Assembly: GCF_037042905.1 (NCBI RefSeq)
Contig: NC_087263.1
Span: 9,364,001 to 9,428,000 of the forward strand
Direction: 5' to 3'
Source: Lytechinus pictus
Taxonomy: Eukaryota
DNA length: 64,000 nt
Under the pieces are notes generated by a model. The model did no database searches, was not told where the DNA came from, and saw only the letters and a list, made by a program, of their open reading frames with translations. The position numbers and the translations under genes were made by a program. Shown in pieces: positions 28,501 to 43,500 of this stretch (position 1 is its first letter; every line of letters starts with the position of its first letter).

Positions 28501-31500
28501 TTATCCCTTCACACGCTGATGTTGCAATCTTGCACATTCGTACAATCAAATTCAACAATCGTAATTATTAGTTTTCTCCCCTAACTTCAAATGAGATAAG
28601 ATAATAAAAGGCAAAAAGTCTTGGATAACAAACACCTATATAATAATAACAAGTATCAATGGTACAATATGGAAATCCAGTGAATTAAAGAAAATAATAT
28701 GGAAATAATTGTCATTATCATCCCCCAAAAATTAATTCAGCATGCAAAGAGTTACAGACAAGTAGTTGCAGTAAACACTGTTTTCATAAGAAAAAAAAAA
28801 TTGAAACCATAGTTGACTGTCACTATTTCATCCTACATGTAGATCTAAAACTCTGGTACATGTACAGTTACATAAACTGAAATTTGTGAAATCATGAGAT
28901 CTCAGATTCAGCACTCTTGAGCCCTGTTAACATGACAGTTGTCACACTGGCAACGTTAGCATAGTTTGTAACTCTCTGTGAAACGGGTCTCTTGATAAGG
29001 AAATTCTGGGGATGTCTGGTACTCACGTGCTGCCGTGAAGGTTTCAGTAATAGGGTTCTCCTTATCACCACTGACACTTGTCACTCTTATATCATAATCA
29101 GCCCCAGCTTCTGTTACATTACAGGTTGCTTCAAAGGTGTTTTCCGTTGCATCGCTTGGGTAGACAGTGAAGTTAGTGGTGCCATCAGCACCGCAGTCTA
29201 CTTTGTAATAATCTTCCACTCCATCTGGATCTTCCCACTGTACGGCAATCTGTCTGGTTGTGATTGAGGTTGCTGTCAGGTTCACGGCATTTGGATCTAT
29301 AGAAACATCGAACAATGATATTCAAAGTCAACTGAAATTGCACAATAAATTTCTTTTCATTTTGACAATTTCTGGTATCAAATACAAATGAATCTACATG
29401 TAATATTGTAATTGAAAAAAAAATACAATTTTTTTTTGAGAGAGAAAGATTTTCATTTCAGATGTTCCTGCATCTCAGTTATTCCATGTCTACCAAGGCC
29501 AGCAATGCTTTCCGGAATCTTATCAACTTTGAAGAAAGAATAACCACAATTTTTTTTTGAGAGAGAAAGATTTTCATTTCAGATGTTCCTGCATCTCAGT
29601 TATTCCATGTCTACCAAGGCCAGCAATGCTTTCCGGAATCTTATCAACTTTGAAGAAAGAATAATCTATTTTGTCTATCTCTACCTTTTATGTATTTTGC
29701 TGGTTTATATTCAACATAATTATTTCTTTGCCTACAATCATTTTTTTTATTGCTATTTCAATGAAATTAGTCCTGACACTATTTTGGTCATGATCAGCAA
29801 AAAAATTGTTTATTTCAATCATGAAATAAATCATGAAAACAATTGTGAATTATGCCCAGCAAATGTAATCATGATTTTAAGCAATTCTCAGAAGTGCAAG
29901 TCCTGATGTAATGAATTTTATCTCAAAAGCTGTTTTAGACAAAAAAAAAGAAAGAAAAAAATACAATGGCAACTGCTTTTACACGTTAAGAACTAGATCA
30001 CATAGAACTTTGGAGAGACTGCTGACCTCTCAACCTGGTTCAGTAAAGCATTGACATATTGAGTTTGGTCTCAAATCGTGAATCTTATTAATTGATGGCT
30101 TTTTTCATTGACGACTTTCCATACTTAACTCTTTGCCTGGTTTGTTCGACTAGAGTCACATATACATGTAGCACACTACCCAGTGCGACTCAAGTCACAT
30201 TTTACTCACAAGACACACAGAGTGCATTAAGTCTATTGTTCATACACACATGTATACACAATTGTGAAGTGTGCATCACATTTTACTGTCTACACACAAA
30301 GTTTTTTTTTACAAGAAACCAATTGAAAGCTATCGTGAGCTGGATTAGCAGAGTCCATGCAAATCCCTTCTTAAAGATGCACCTTGAAATCAATGTGGCG
30401 TAGGAGTAATGATGTCTATGGTGGGCAAAGAGTTAAGATAGATTGGGCCCTGGTCATTTTGTCCTTTTCTAGAGGAACATTTACAGTAGCATACTACAGG
30501 ACCTTTAAAGATAAACACCAGTTGTGGTAGCAATCTCAAAATGAGTTCGAACAGAATCCAATGAAATTACCACTAAATGCGTAATTGCTGAGAAATGAGC
30601 AAAATAAGCATGGAATTTCAATTCCATCAAATTTGGGTATCACACATATGTGTAAGTTGTCATTTTGTTATCATTTTGTGTTAGTTATCATCAGAATTAT
30701 CGGTTTTCAGCTGAGAATTCACAATTTCAGAAACATGAGTTGATTTCAATGTACCAGATCTAGATCTATGATAATATGGAGGCATTTAATCTAAATTTTA
30801 AAAGCTTTTTCATGAAGTAATTGTTTGCTGCAATTACTTTATTTTACCTTTACCTTCAAGATTGTAACTGCATTTTTCCCTTCAAATTTTGTAGAACACT
30901 TGTATGTCTAAAGCTGGTATCAAAAGTTGCAATGAAGAAAGACGTCATGGGAAAGTGTAAATAATCAAGGCTTATTGTCACCATATCATGAAATCTATGC
31001 TGAAAAATGATCATGTTAAAGATCACTCACACAAATACATAAAATAGCACATCTAGGCCCAGTCTTACAAAGAGTTACGATTGATCCAATCAATCTCAAC
31101 TATGGAAAGCCAGCAATGTCAAGATCTAAATTGCATGTTTGTTAAAATTGTATTCTAGACACGACATATATTCATACATTCATAGTTTTCTATAAAAAAA
31201 AAATGTGTGATTCTCTTTATTTAGTGGAACGTTGTGGCCCAGTGGAGTAGTCTCCGGACTTTGAAACAGAGGGTCGTGGGTTCGAATCCCAGCCATGGCG
31301 TAATTTCCTTCAGCAAGAAATTTATCCACATTGTGCTGCACTCAACCCAGGTAAGGTGAATGGGTACCTGGCAGGAATTTATTCCTTGAAATGCGTGTGC
31401 GCTGTAATCTTAGTAATTACGGCAGCCAAGCTACAGCTGGGGTAATAATATCCAAGTCCTTTGGAAGTGCATAGAGACATTATTCATAATTGTGATATGC

Positions 31501-34500
31501 GCTATACAAGAACTGTTTATTTTTATTATAATTATTCACAAAGAACATTGTGCAAATTTCCTGAAGGAAAAATTACGATGTTGATGGATTTCCATATACT
31601 TGAGGTTGACTGGATCAATCGTAGCTCTTTGTAAGACGGGGCCCTGGATTGGTGTCTTATTGTTGCTTGGGAAGAAGCCCCAACAACAGGCTTGGAATGC
31701 CATGCTTACTCTGTCAATTTCCCAGCAATTACACATCTTCTACAAGAATCATTGAATCACATCTTTGTTTTATCTATTCATACAAACACACGGGTGGTCA
31801 TTCTAATGGATTCTGTTCGAACTCATACATGTATTTATTAAGGCAACCGCACACCTTACGATTGGTCTGTGACTCATTCTTGGAATAAAACGTAGTAGAA
31901 TTTGATGCTATGGTAATATTGAGACTTGGAATACATGTATCTTACTGCATAGTGTTCGAAATCATCGTATGAATACCTATGTTCAAATCATTCAGGCCTC
32001 TACAAATTTTTTTTTATCACTTGCCCAACAGGGCAAGTGATAAAAATATTTGCTTGCCCGATAGAAAAAACTGCTTGCCCAATTTGTTTTATTATTTTCT
32101 TTCATTATTTTTTTTACGACGGTACTATTATTTATGAAGATCATATGAATAAAAACAATTGAGAAACATGTACACTAAAGAACACACATTTATAATTATA
32201 AGTATATTTTCAGCAAAGTAGGCCCGAGTCATTACGTTTATTTTGAAAAAAAAAAACTTTTGCTATAGTACTAGTACTAGATCTAAATGGGCGTTAAAGT
32301 TTTTTTTTTTAAAGTAAAAAATAAAAATAAAAAATAAAACTTTCCCAAAAGTTGCTAAAATTTCATATTTTGCATCTTTGAATACATGAATGATCATCTG
32401 TTTGCCACATTTCCTGGGAATTGTTTTGATTTAGTTGGAAACTATTAAGAAAATGAAGAATATTCAGCTCTTTCTTGATTCTGGAAAAGATCGTTTTATG
32501 ATGTAAAAAAAAAAGAAAAAAAAGAGGCCTTCACCAACTGGACTCTGGAGTGGCTAAAATTTCACATTTTGCATCTTTAAATCCATGCCATATATTTTCC
32601 ATATTTCCTTGAAATTGTTTTGATTTAGTTGGAAACTATCAAGAAAATTAAGAATATTCACCTCTCTCTTGTCTTTTCATCATCGTATTATGATGTTACA
32701 CTCGGTCAATATTTTTTTATATTGTGGTCCCACATGTAGACTTTCATGGTGTTGCAACATTATACTTGGTCAACACCATGAAAGTCTACATGTGGGACAA
32801 CAGTAAGAAAAAACATTTACCGAGCGTAACATCATCAAAATCAGAGTCAAGAAAGAGCTTAATATTCTTCATTTTTTTCGGTTGTTTCCAACTAGATCAA
32901 AACAATCTCAAGGTAATATGAAAAATAGACGTCCATTTCATGTATTCAAAGATTAAAAATGTGAAATTTTAGCCACTTTTGCCTTTCTTTTTTTTTTGGA
33001 GGGGGGTTGCATCGGCAAATTGCGCAAGATAGTAGCGCATGCGCACATAGAACGTAAGATGAGATGACACGGTTCTTCGAACGAGGTACCTGGCGATAAA
33101 TTATCTGTATTTGGCGCTGATTTTACATAAGTTTCCACTGTTTTTTGACTGGTTTGACAATATATCAGAGATAGTTGTGATTATCACTGACATTTTATAT
33201 TTTATTTTCAAAATATTCACTTGCCCGATCGGGCAATTGACTTTGAGAAATGCTTGCCCGCCCGTCATTTTCACTTGCCCCGGGCAAGCGGGCAAGCGGG
33301 TTTGTCGCGCCCTGTCATTCTTAGAATAAAAGCAAATTTAATACATGTATCTAAACGTAATGACGTCATAGCAGTCGTACGATTGGCTACGATTTGAACC
33401 TAATTTGGCCTTTGCTCCAAAATAAGGGCTTGCAATCTTTCAAAATGGTCATATTAGAATTCTTTCAATTGATTTTAACCTCAAATAAAATGATATATGT
33501 ATGTTCCATTCACATGTTCAGAAAATGAGCAAAATGCGATTTGTTCCAAAATCGGATCGCGAACAGTCGTACGGTGTGCGGTGGCCTTTAGATTACTACC
33601 ACAACTGGCATTTTTTAAGTTGTTTTGTTTCTTTTGTATTTCTAAAGATATTACATGTACACACTGAATATTATTCAGTCATGTACTTGAAACAAAGGAG
33701 ACCCTAGCCTTACAAGCCTTGCTTTTTCAGGGGTTCTCCTTGTCTTTCTCTCAATACGTAATTAGTTATTTGCTGTGCTTCTTTTTTCTACTTTAACAAT
33801 GATTTATGGTTAATTGATTTTTTTCATTTGTAGAATGTGAAATCATACTTGTAAGATAAAATGTATGTGCAGAAAGAAAGACGAATAAATATCTTATCTT
33901 ATCTTATCTACTTACAAGCAGTGATTGTGATGGGTGATTCAGCACTGCTCTTTTCCTTTCCGAGTGCAACACCACGTTTACCAATACTGACTGTAGTCAC
34001 TGAAAGGGTGTAGTTTTCTCCAGGTATCGTAAGGCCAGTACAGGATGCCTCTAGGGTATCTGAGGGGTTGACTCTTGATGGTGAAGGGTTTCCTCCATCG
34101 GAACAATTCACTTCATAGCGATCAAATTCACCATTGACATTACTCCATGATGCAACAATTGTATCCGTGGTGACTTGGTCAATCTCTTCCGTCAAAGTAA
34201 CTGCTTCCGGTACTGTGAGGAAATTGTCAGAATTTGAATATAAATGTACAGAACATGAAATATAGCGAGACAGATATATTGCATGAAGATAGATCTACAT
34301 GTATATTGTTACATATCTTAATGATAAATAAAATAACTATAATAAATAATTACATGAATAAACCTCGGATGGGGGGACAAAATAGGTCTTTTGCAATCTG
34401 AAATCTATCCGTTCATCCCAATGTATTTTAAATTAAGTTTATTTTTTAGTCCATGAAGTATGTAGTGTTATTAGGGAAATATAAGTTACAAGACTATACA

Positions 34501-37500
34501 TTTAGCTAAGCTTTACAACACTCCCCTCACTTTCAACATTCAATTACAACTCCATCAGTGACAATTTTCCATGATGCAGTGATAGAATCTGTACTGATCG
34601 TGTCACTCTTTTCTATCAAATTGACAGATTCAGGTACTATAAAAAAAATTAATAAGATTTGAATTTTACAGTCTTATTTCTATCATTTTTTTTATAGTTG
34701 AATGTATTTGCTGTATTAAAACCATGCACGTGAGCCAGCTTGAATCTCAAACATTTCTCAAATAATGATGTTCAGAGATGCATGGACCTCGATTCTTTTC
34801 TCAGCAATCAGCCCCCCCCCCCCACAAAAAAATGGAGTTCTAAAATCAATATCGTAATAATAATAGGAAAATGATACTAACGTGCCACAAGATCAATGTA
34901 TGCTGATGTGCTGGTGTTACCGTCATCTACTATACTATACACAGTCATCGTGTACGTATCGCCTGGTACAGTAAGATTCATGCAAGAAGCCGTGTAGGGT
35001 TCCGGATCAGTGTTTCCAATGGTTGCTGGGAATGCATCACCAAGGCTACAATCGATTGTATAACTATCGACTGCACTTTCTGGCTTATTCCATGTGGCGC
35101 TCACTGAAGTTGTTGTAGAATCTCCTTCTTCAAGGGCAACTGCAGCTGGCGCTAAAGAGAACACATACATAATGAAATTCTTTCTTAATGTCATGCAAAA
35201 AAAGAGGAAAAGCAGAAGAAATAATGGCTATGATGCTCTTAGTCTCATTTCATAAATGCAAAAGTACGTAAAAAAATGTTTACCAAGAGGATGCAACTTG
35301 GAACCGTTTCATTTAAAAATCTTCAGATCTTCAGTTTCCCTTAAGAGTCAATGGAATTTGTTTCTTTTTTTAAAACTCTTTGCCCACTTTGTTGGACTAG
35401 AGTAACATACAGAGGGCTGCCAACTTCGACTCAAGTCACATTTCATTTAGTGTGTATCAATTCTATTGTAATACACTCACACACAATAGTGATGAGTGCC
35501 TCACACTGTTCAGCATACACAAAAAGCTTTTCTTTACTGTAAACCAATCAAAAGTTATTGTGAGTTCATTTGCATAATCCGTGCAAAACCCATTCTTAGA
35601 TTGCACCCGTAAATTAATGTGGCACAGAAGGGATTATGTCCTTGGTGGGCAAAGAGTTTACCATCAATTTAATATTACCTGACATACTAGATTTTAAATC
35701 TGAATAGTTAAAGCACAATAGTTTACAGAAGGTAGTTTTTTGGGGAGCTTCTTTTCACAGCCTACTGCATACAGTGGCGGACCGTGACCGGAGGAAACAA
35801 AGCATTAGAGGGGCACAGCATTGTTCACAACAATACAGTGCCCCTCCCATCAATTGTCTCCTCCGGGTCAAGGTCCGCCACTGACTGCATACATCTGCAA
35901 CATTGGATAAGCTTTTATATAGAGTGCTCTAGCGATGCATTAAAAACATTTATTTTGGACTGCATCAATTGCCCGAGCAGTATCAGAGCGTATCCCTAAA
36001 AAGGATTGAAATCCGACGAATATCCCGTAGGCTCCTTTACAAAATTTGCTATTGAATATGAGAGCATATTCAACAGTTAAATGCGCATGCGCAAATGCGC
36101 GAAACATACAACGCGTACAACAATGAAAGCAATGTGATGTGCAGCATAGGGCACAATTACGCTTGATGACGTCATAATGAGCTACATGCAAGTCGCATGT
36201 CGAGGACCAAATTTGATCCTATGAAGTGATGATGCCATAATGGGATAAAATGTAAGTGATATGACTTGTTCAATCAAATTGCTCCCTCTTTTTTTAGTGA
36301 GTCAAAAGGGGCCTAAGCTTTCGATCCTAGCAGAATCTTCGTCGGAGGCAAAATGACAAACAAATAAAGTGGAACAACCAAAATATAGACCACAGACATG
36401 CAACAGCAACACTAGAAACAAGGAGACAAAAAGGGCATTAGAGAGTAGCGATGACCAATCAGGTTAGAGAAGGGGATGAAAGCAAATGAGCAGGCAGACA
36501 CAAAGGGAAGTTAGTGTAAGGCCAGTGAAAGACCTAAAGCTAAGAGGGATTAAGAAAAATAGGCAGGCAACATCAAACAGGATCTGGAACAAAACAGTGA
36601 AAGGGGGTATGAATAAGAGATGAATAACAAGAGAATTAGTGAGAGGTGGGTCAAACAGGTTACAAAGAAAGGCATAATAAACTGGTGCATAAGAGTGGGG
36701 GAAAAAGGAAGGAATGGAGAACAACTGAAAAAGTGCAAAAGACATATATGATAAAGCATATACTAACTAAAAGATGAATGTAAGTGTTAACATATATCTA
36801 TAAGTATATATGTATATAAATATATCCAAAAAGGAATGTATATGATTTTTTTATATTTTTTTATATATATATATATATGGTGTAACTAGTATTGTAAATC
36901 CGCTAGGGGTGAGAGGAAAAAACATACATGTACTATATAGTGGAAATAAAACATGTATATATGAAAAAGGAGAAGCATATTGCCTAAAAAGGTAAAGCGA
37001 ATATAGAGGCTGAGGTTGTATGAGGGGGAATGTATATGAAGAAACTATAGTATACATGTAAATAAGCAAAATAAATATGTAGTAAATCTAAAAGAGGTGA
37101 GTGGAGAAGAAAAAAAAATACTACTAATAATAATTAATAAAAATTATCAAATCGCCTGAATAAGGAAGGAAAAATTGGAGCTGAGCTTGTATGAGATGTA
37201 TGGGAGGAATGTAGAGGAGGGGAAAAATTATATGTATATATATATTGAAAGTGGATAGGAAAGATTAATCAGTCGTTCCCCTCTTGGATGTTCAGGCCAT
37301 GAGGTTGGGTGGTGCGAAGTCGTCTCATAAAGAACTTCTCTCTGCTAGTACGGACTGAGTCAGGACGGGTACCTAAAGATTCGATGCCCTGTAGCATCAT
37401 GTCAGTGATGGAGTGGTTTGGAAGGTTAAAATGGCGGCAAACTGGAGTGTCCAGCTTTGCTGTGTTGATGGTGGATCTGTGCCCGTAGAATCGTTTCTTG

Positions 37501-40500
37501 AGTGTGGTCTTGGTTTCCCCTATGTATTGTACCCTACAAACTCTGCAAGTGATGAGATATACAACATTAGTGGTAGTGTATGTGATGTTGCCCTTAATTT
37601 GGTGAGAAAGTGTCGCCCTCGTGAATGTGTATTTCACATATGATGCACCTGTTGTTGGTACATTTGAAGGTGCCATGCTGTATGGGAGAAGAATGGTTAG
37701 TGAGGGAGGGCACTTCAGCACAAACAATGAGGTCCCTGAGATTGGGTGGGTGTCGGTATGCTAGGAGAGGAGTATCGGGAACGACCTGTTGGAGACGATC
37801 AGAAGTGTGTAAAATGTGGTGGTTATCACACAGGATTTTACGGAGAGGGGGTAGATTGGGATGGAAGGCGGTCACAAGCGGTATTCTGTCAGTAGTCTCC
37901 TTGTCACTTTGTGGTTTGAGAACTTCAGATCTGGGGAGAGAACGAACTTTGTTAATTGCCAGTTGGACTGCCCTGGCACCGTGGCCCCTGGCACAGAGAT
38001 GTCTCTGCAAATTCCTGGCATGGAAGGAAAAATCAGGGTCCTCGGAGCAGATGCGGCGAAGTCTGAGGGCTTGACTGTAAGCGATGCCGGTTTGGCAGTG
38101 ACGGGGTGGCAGCTGGATGAGTGCAGGTACTGGTGGGTATCTGTGGGTTTAGTGTACAGGGTAGTGGTGATACCGTTAGGCTTTTTCTGGACTGTGACAT
38201 CAAGGAAATGGGTTTCCTGTTGGGAGAAATCAGAAGTGAATTTGATGGTCCTGTGGAAGGAATTGATGTGGTCAATGAATGTATGGAGGCTATCTTCCTC
38301 CCTGGTCCAAATGAAGAAAATGTTGTCTATGTAACGCCACCAAATCCATGGGCGACAGGGGGCTGAATCTAACATCTGCTGTTCCAGCTTGGTCATGAAG
38401 AGACAGGCGAATGAAGGAGCCATCTGGGTGCCCATTGCTGTACCGAATATCTGTAGGTAGTGCTTGCCCATGAATGTGAAGTTGTTTTTCGTTAATACAT
38501 GAGACATCAGAGATTTGATATCGGATATGGGGGACTGGAATGGCCACTGGCGGCCAAGGCTTCACATGATGCTTGGATACCTTCATCGTGGGGAATGTTG
38601 GTGTACAGTGAAGAAACATCAAAAGTGCCGATGATCACAGTTTCGGGTATCTGGTCCTTGATGTCATTTAGTTTCCTGAGAAAGTCTGGAGTGTCGTGGA
38701 TGTAAGAGGGTGCGCGTGAGACAAGGGGTTTAATGTGGTAATCAACAAAAAGGGAGATGTTCTCTGTTGGGGAACCATTTCCTGAGAGGATGGGTCGACT
38801 AGTAGGGGAGAGAAATTTGTGGGCCTTTGAGAGATGCTCGTATTCTTTCATGTCATCCAGTGTCGATTGGATCTGTAGGGAGAAATTACAAGTACATGTA
38901 GGGTCAGAATCGAGGAGTGCACAGTGAGATCGATTATTGAGATGTTTCATGGCTTCATCTTTTTTTAGTGGGTGGGATAGATGATAATGATTATATTGGA
39001 TGGCTTTATTTCATGAAATACCAGAAATATTCCACCCGTTAGGGCCAATATTCCACTCATCTGCGTTTCATGGAATATTTTCCCGTACTCTTAGAATATT
39101 TCTGGTATTCCATTATGAGCCATCCAATACAATATAATTATTGCAGGGAATGTGAATTCTTTCCAGGGTTCTTTTTTTTTATTTTCTTCGGCTCTTTTGA
39201 GCATTTTGAGGGCATAATCGCCCCGTGTAATTCCCCCCCCCCCTGGTTTACAGTACTTACAGGCATGAACTCTCACAGTGCGACTAGCACTCTGCTTTCC
39301 GTAGCTACGAGCAACAACCGTGAGGGAGTATTCAAGTCCTGCAGTCGGCAAACCGACACAGGAAGCTGTGAACTCATCATCATCTTGTGGACGAGATGCA
39401 ACAGAAATAGATGAGGGTGATGCGGTGCCATCAGAGCATGTGATAATGAAGGTATCCACCAAACTGTTAGAGATCGTCCAGGTAGCCGAGATGGCGGTAT
39501 TGTTAGACGGACCTTCCTTCAGGGCCACAGCATTGGGTACTGATTTGAAAAGGACGGAATGAAACAAATAGCAAACATTATCCAACATTAATAAAAATCT
39601 GGTTTTATAGAGTGCAACACCGTCCAAACATGTTCGTGGTGCTAGCCCAACAACAGTTCTCTTCTATATAAACAAGCTACGTAATGTAAACATAATCTAC
39701 AAATTATTCTTAAATCACTTGAGAGTTAGAAACATATATGCTAAATTAAGAAAATAAAGCAATTACGATTATTAATCATTCATTCAGTCTCAGTTCTTGC
39801 AGCTAAAGCACTATTGATTCATATTTTAACTTGGTGCATCCTTCTTTAATTTATTCTTTCTCACACCTTAGAAATGTAAACACTACAAGTATTCATGCTT
39901 TTGAATGTAAAAACTCATCACAATCAAAATCGAATTTTTTAATTTTTCATTGAGTGGCCTTTTGGAACCCTTTGTGAACATGTTGCTATCTTTGTGGACA
40001 ATGTTGCCATCTACATGTACATGTAGATCTATAAAAGACAACTTACGAGCAGTGATGGTGATGTCTGACACTGCACTGCGCTGATTGTTACTGACTGTAG
40101 TCACAAACATGGTGTAATTATCTCCAGCAAGTTGAGGACTAGTCAGTGTACAAAATGCTTCCAGGGTATCCGAGGGGTTGACTGTTGATGGTAAAGGGTC
40201 TCCTCCATCTGAGCAAGTGACTTCATAGTAATCAAATTCACCAGTGACATTACTCCATGATGCAACAATTTTATCTGTGGTGACTTGGTCAATCTCTTCT
40301 GTCAAAGTGACTGCTTCCGGTACTGCAAGAAAAATATCAATATTTGAAAATAAGTACAAAACGTGAAATATAGCGAGACAGATACATTACATGAAGATAG
40401 ATCTATATTCTTAGATATGTTAATGATAAATAAAATATTTATAATAATAAATAATAACATGAATAAATCTTGGATGGGAGGGGGGCAAAATAGGTCTTTC

Positions 40501-43500
40501 AGGATCCGAAATCTTATCAGTTCATCCCAATGTTTTTTAAATTAAGTTTAGTTTTTAGTCCACATTGACTTACAGCCTTAAAATCAGGAAGTACATGTAC
40601 ATGTATGGCCGTGTTACAAGGGAGATATAAATGACAAGACTATACCGTTAGCAAAGCTTTACAGCACTCCCCTCACTATCAACATTTAATTACAAATAAT
40701 CATATAATTCCCTTCAACAGTGCTCATTTATCAATTACAATTTTTTTTCTTATTTGTACAATTTAAATCTAAAGTGAAAAAAAAGTTTAGTTTTGTGAAA
40801 TACTTCAGCTACATGAATGTAGATCTACATGTATTCATAACAGTCTGGGACCTACGTGTATCAAATCACATTAATGCGAAATCTACCATTGTCAGAAGAA
40901 AAAAATCCACACCTCAAAATTCAGTGCATATACAATAAAAGAATTTAAAATAAAAGAATTGAAATAAAAGAATTGAAATAAAAGAATTGCAAAATTGCAT
41001 AGAATACACAGGTATTTTTATTTCAAAGCAGCTGCAATAAGGAATAAAAATGTGGTTACACATGCAAGAAAACTTCTATATGAAATCATTATCCATTGTA
41101 TAGGCATATGTATAATCTCCAGCTGTAGAACCCTAAGTTAAAAAAAATGCAATTTTGGTAATACACAAAAATCTTACAATTGTGATGCAACTTGAATGAA
41201 AACATTTTAAAGGTCAAATAATGTCAAGAACAGGTGTAATACAAATACACCCTACTATTACTAAACTGTGTGGAGATAAATACAATGAAAATATGCACAC
41301 AAAAAAAAGGTATTAAAAAATGTAACGAGCACCTGTAATCCAAATGCTTGAATGTAAATATGTTATAATATGAAAATAGATTTGTTGTGATCACAAAGAG
41401 AAAAAAGGAGAGAAAAATACCCAACACCTGAAATATAATGATTATGAATTATCATAATCGCTTCTGCATTTCATGAAAGCAAAATAAAGCAATGCATTTA
41501 AAGCTGTATGAAACATGAATGTCAGAATCATAGTTTTTAAGCTTTGAGAAGCATTCACCCATAATCCACTGTATAGCAACAACATCTTGGAGTATCCCAT
41601 TATTGCATGAATGAATAAGTGTGTGCAATGCATTGTGGGAAAAATAGAAGAAAAAAACAACATTCATTGTGCAAATCACAACCATCATTGTAAAAGGTGA
41701 AGATGAAAGCAAGGGAGCATTTCAATAAGCAATCTGAAGGAATTCTAGCGTGACTTCAACATGCATATACTGATCAGTGGTGTTTCACAAAAATTATGAC
41801 TTTGAGTCGCGCACTTAAAAGTCTAGTTGCATGCAGTATAAAAGGTATGACCGCATTGGTCAGATCATGCGAAGAGGTTCCGCACAACTATATTGATCAA
41901 TAAGATTATAATATGTTCCATTTGTATAGCGCAGTTACTATAATTGCATATACTCTACTGCGCTTGATACTTGGTATCATATTAATTCCCCCCTGCTGTA
42001 CATGTAGTTGAGCCACCATTTAGGCGCTATAAAAGGAATAAATCCTACCGGGTACCCATTCACCTGACCTGGGTCGAGTGCAACACAATGTGGGTAAATT
42101 ACTTGCTGAAGGAAAACACGCCATGGCTGGAATACGAACTCACGTCCCTCCGATTGAAAGACGAGAGTCAGAACCACTAGACCACAACGCCCCCAGATTG
42201 TGTGTTGCATATCATGTACGCGTCGGCATTTAAGTGTGCCTCTAAGTCATACCTACATGTAAATCTTTGTGAAACACCCCCCAGATGTGAGGTTTAAGTA
42301 GATTCTGCTTCACTTTTCAACCAGCCAAAGAACATGACCTTCAATTCTTTATTTAAAAAGAAACCAATTTGAGAAGAAGAGGTATACATATATTATGTAT
42401 TTCTAACTATTTCTGATGTTGTTTTGGGGATTCTTTTTCCCATATTGGTGTGAATTTCTTTAAGCAGCAAAAAGGCATTTTATTAAGAGAGAAAACAAGA
42501 GAAAATTGTTAAATATTGCAGAGTATATCAAGACATGTTATAAAAAGAATGATACTACATACACATCCTTGTCCATCCATTCATTGTATGAACATAATGT
42601 ACAAATTCAAAAATATTTCATACATTGTAGTAATATTTGAAAGAAAACCACATACATGTACATGTACATGTAAGTGACTATAAAATGCAAACTATAATAA
42701 CAATACATGTATAAACACACTATATGCATTCAAAATAGTTACAACACAAAAACATTTTTTGAGAAAAAAACCCATAAACTGTACAAAAATATAATGAAAC
42801 AAAGGGAGTAATCTGACAATAATGGTAATGGCAAGACAACAGATAATTATATAAATAAGGTACAATAAAGAAAAGTATGTGTTAGCCATATATATAAAAT
42901 TGAATTATACAACATGTGACTTTAATTCAAATGTCAGAAAATGGTGAAAGATCATCAAAAACAAAAACAAAAATCATTCTAGATACCTTTATGTCCCCAA
43001 GGAAACCTGATAATTCCACAGTAAGTGGACACTAAAATTCAACTTTATTTAACAACAGATCCAATAACCATGCTATGGAATAAAGCATCGTCCGGATAAT
43101 GAACTGTTGTGTGGATTTAAAATACCAATTAAATTTCATCATAGGCTTGGTTAAAGCAGATTTCTTTCTACCTCCATGGTGAAGGTCAACAATGGCACGT
43201 AAGTTATTGTGTCACATTTACACTTTAATTATAATGCATGGCATATATATCACAGTACATCTGAAATACATACACTGTGTCGTGATAATGGCCTGATACT
43301 TTAAAAGAATTTACCAGGAATGATTGCACCACAGTAATAAATGTAAACAGGAAAGTAACTTACAATGTAAATAATACAGTAATTATGCACACCGTCACAG
43401 AACTTATATGGGTAATAATGCAGTGGGGTATGGTATTGATGAACATACAAATATGTTATTACCACAGCATTACAAAAAATATATATATTGTTGAAAGTTG

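Larger units (their letters stand above)
36300..38957 (-). mobile_element. 5'-truncated, frameshifted Penelope-like retroelement
   Basis: RT motifs FDVSSLYTNIP, GTAMGTQMAP, WWRYIDN; GIY-YIG endonuclease VVYLITC..C..QYIGET...HFN...GLN; 13-bp direct repeat TCTTTTTTTAGTG at 36287-36299 and 38958-38970. Confidence 0.92.

Noticed and set aside
37413..38705. Plus-strand ORFs over the Penelope element
   Set aside because: Antisense shadows of the RT/endonuclease frames.
37269..38950. Functional or domesticated reverse transcriptase
   Set aside because: 5'-truncated, multiply frameshifted, and catalytic YIDD changed to YIDN.
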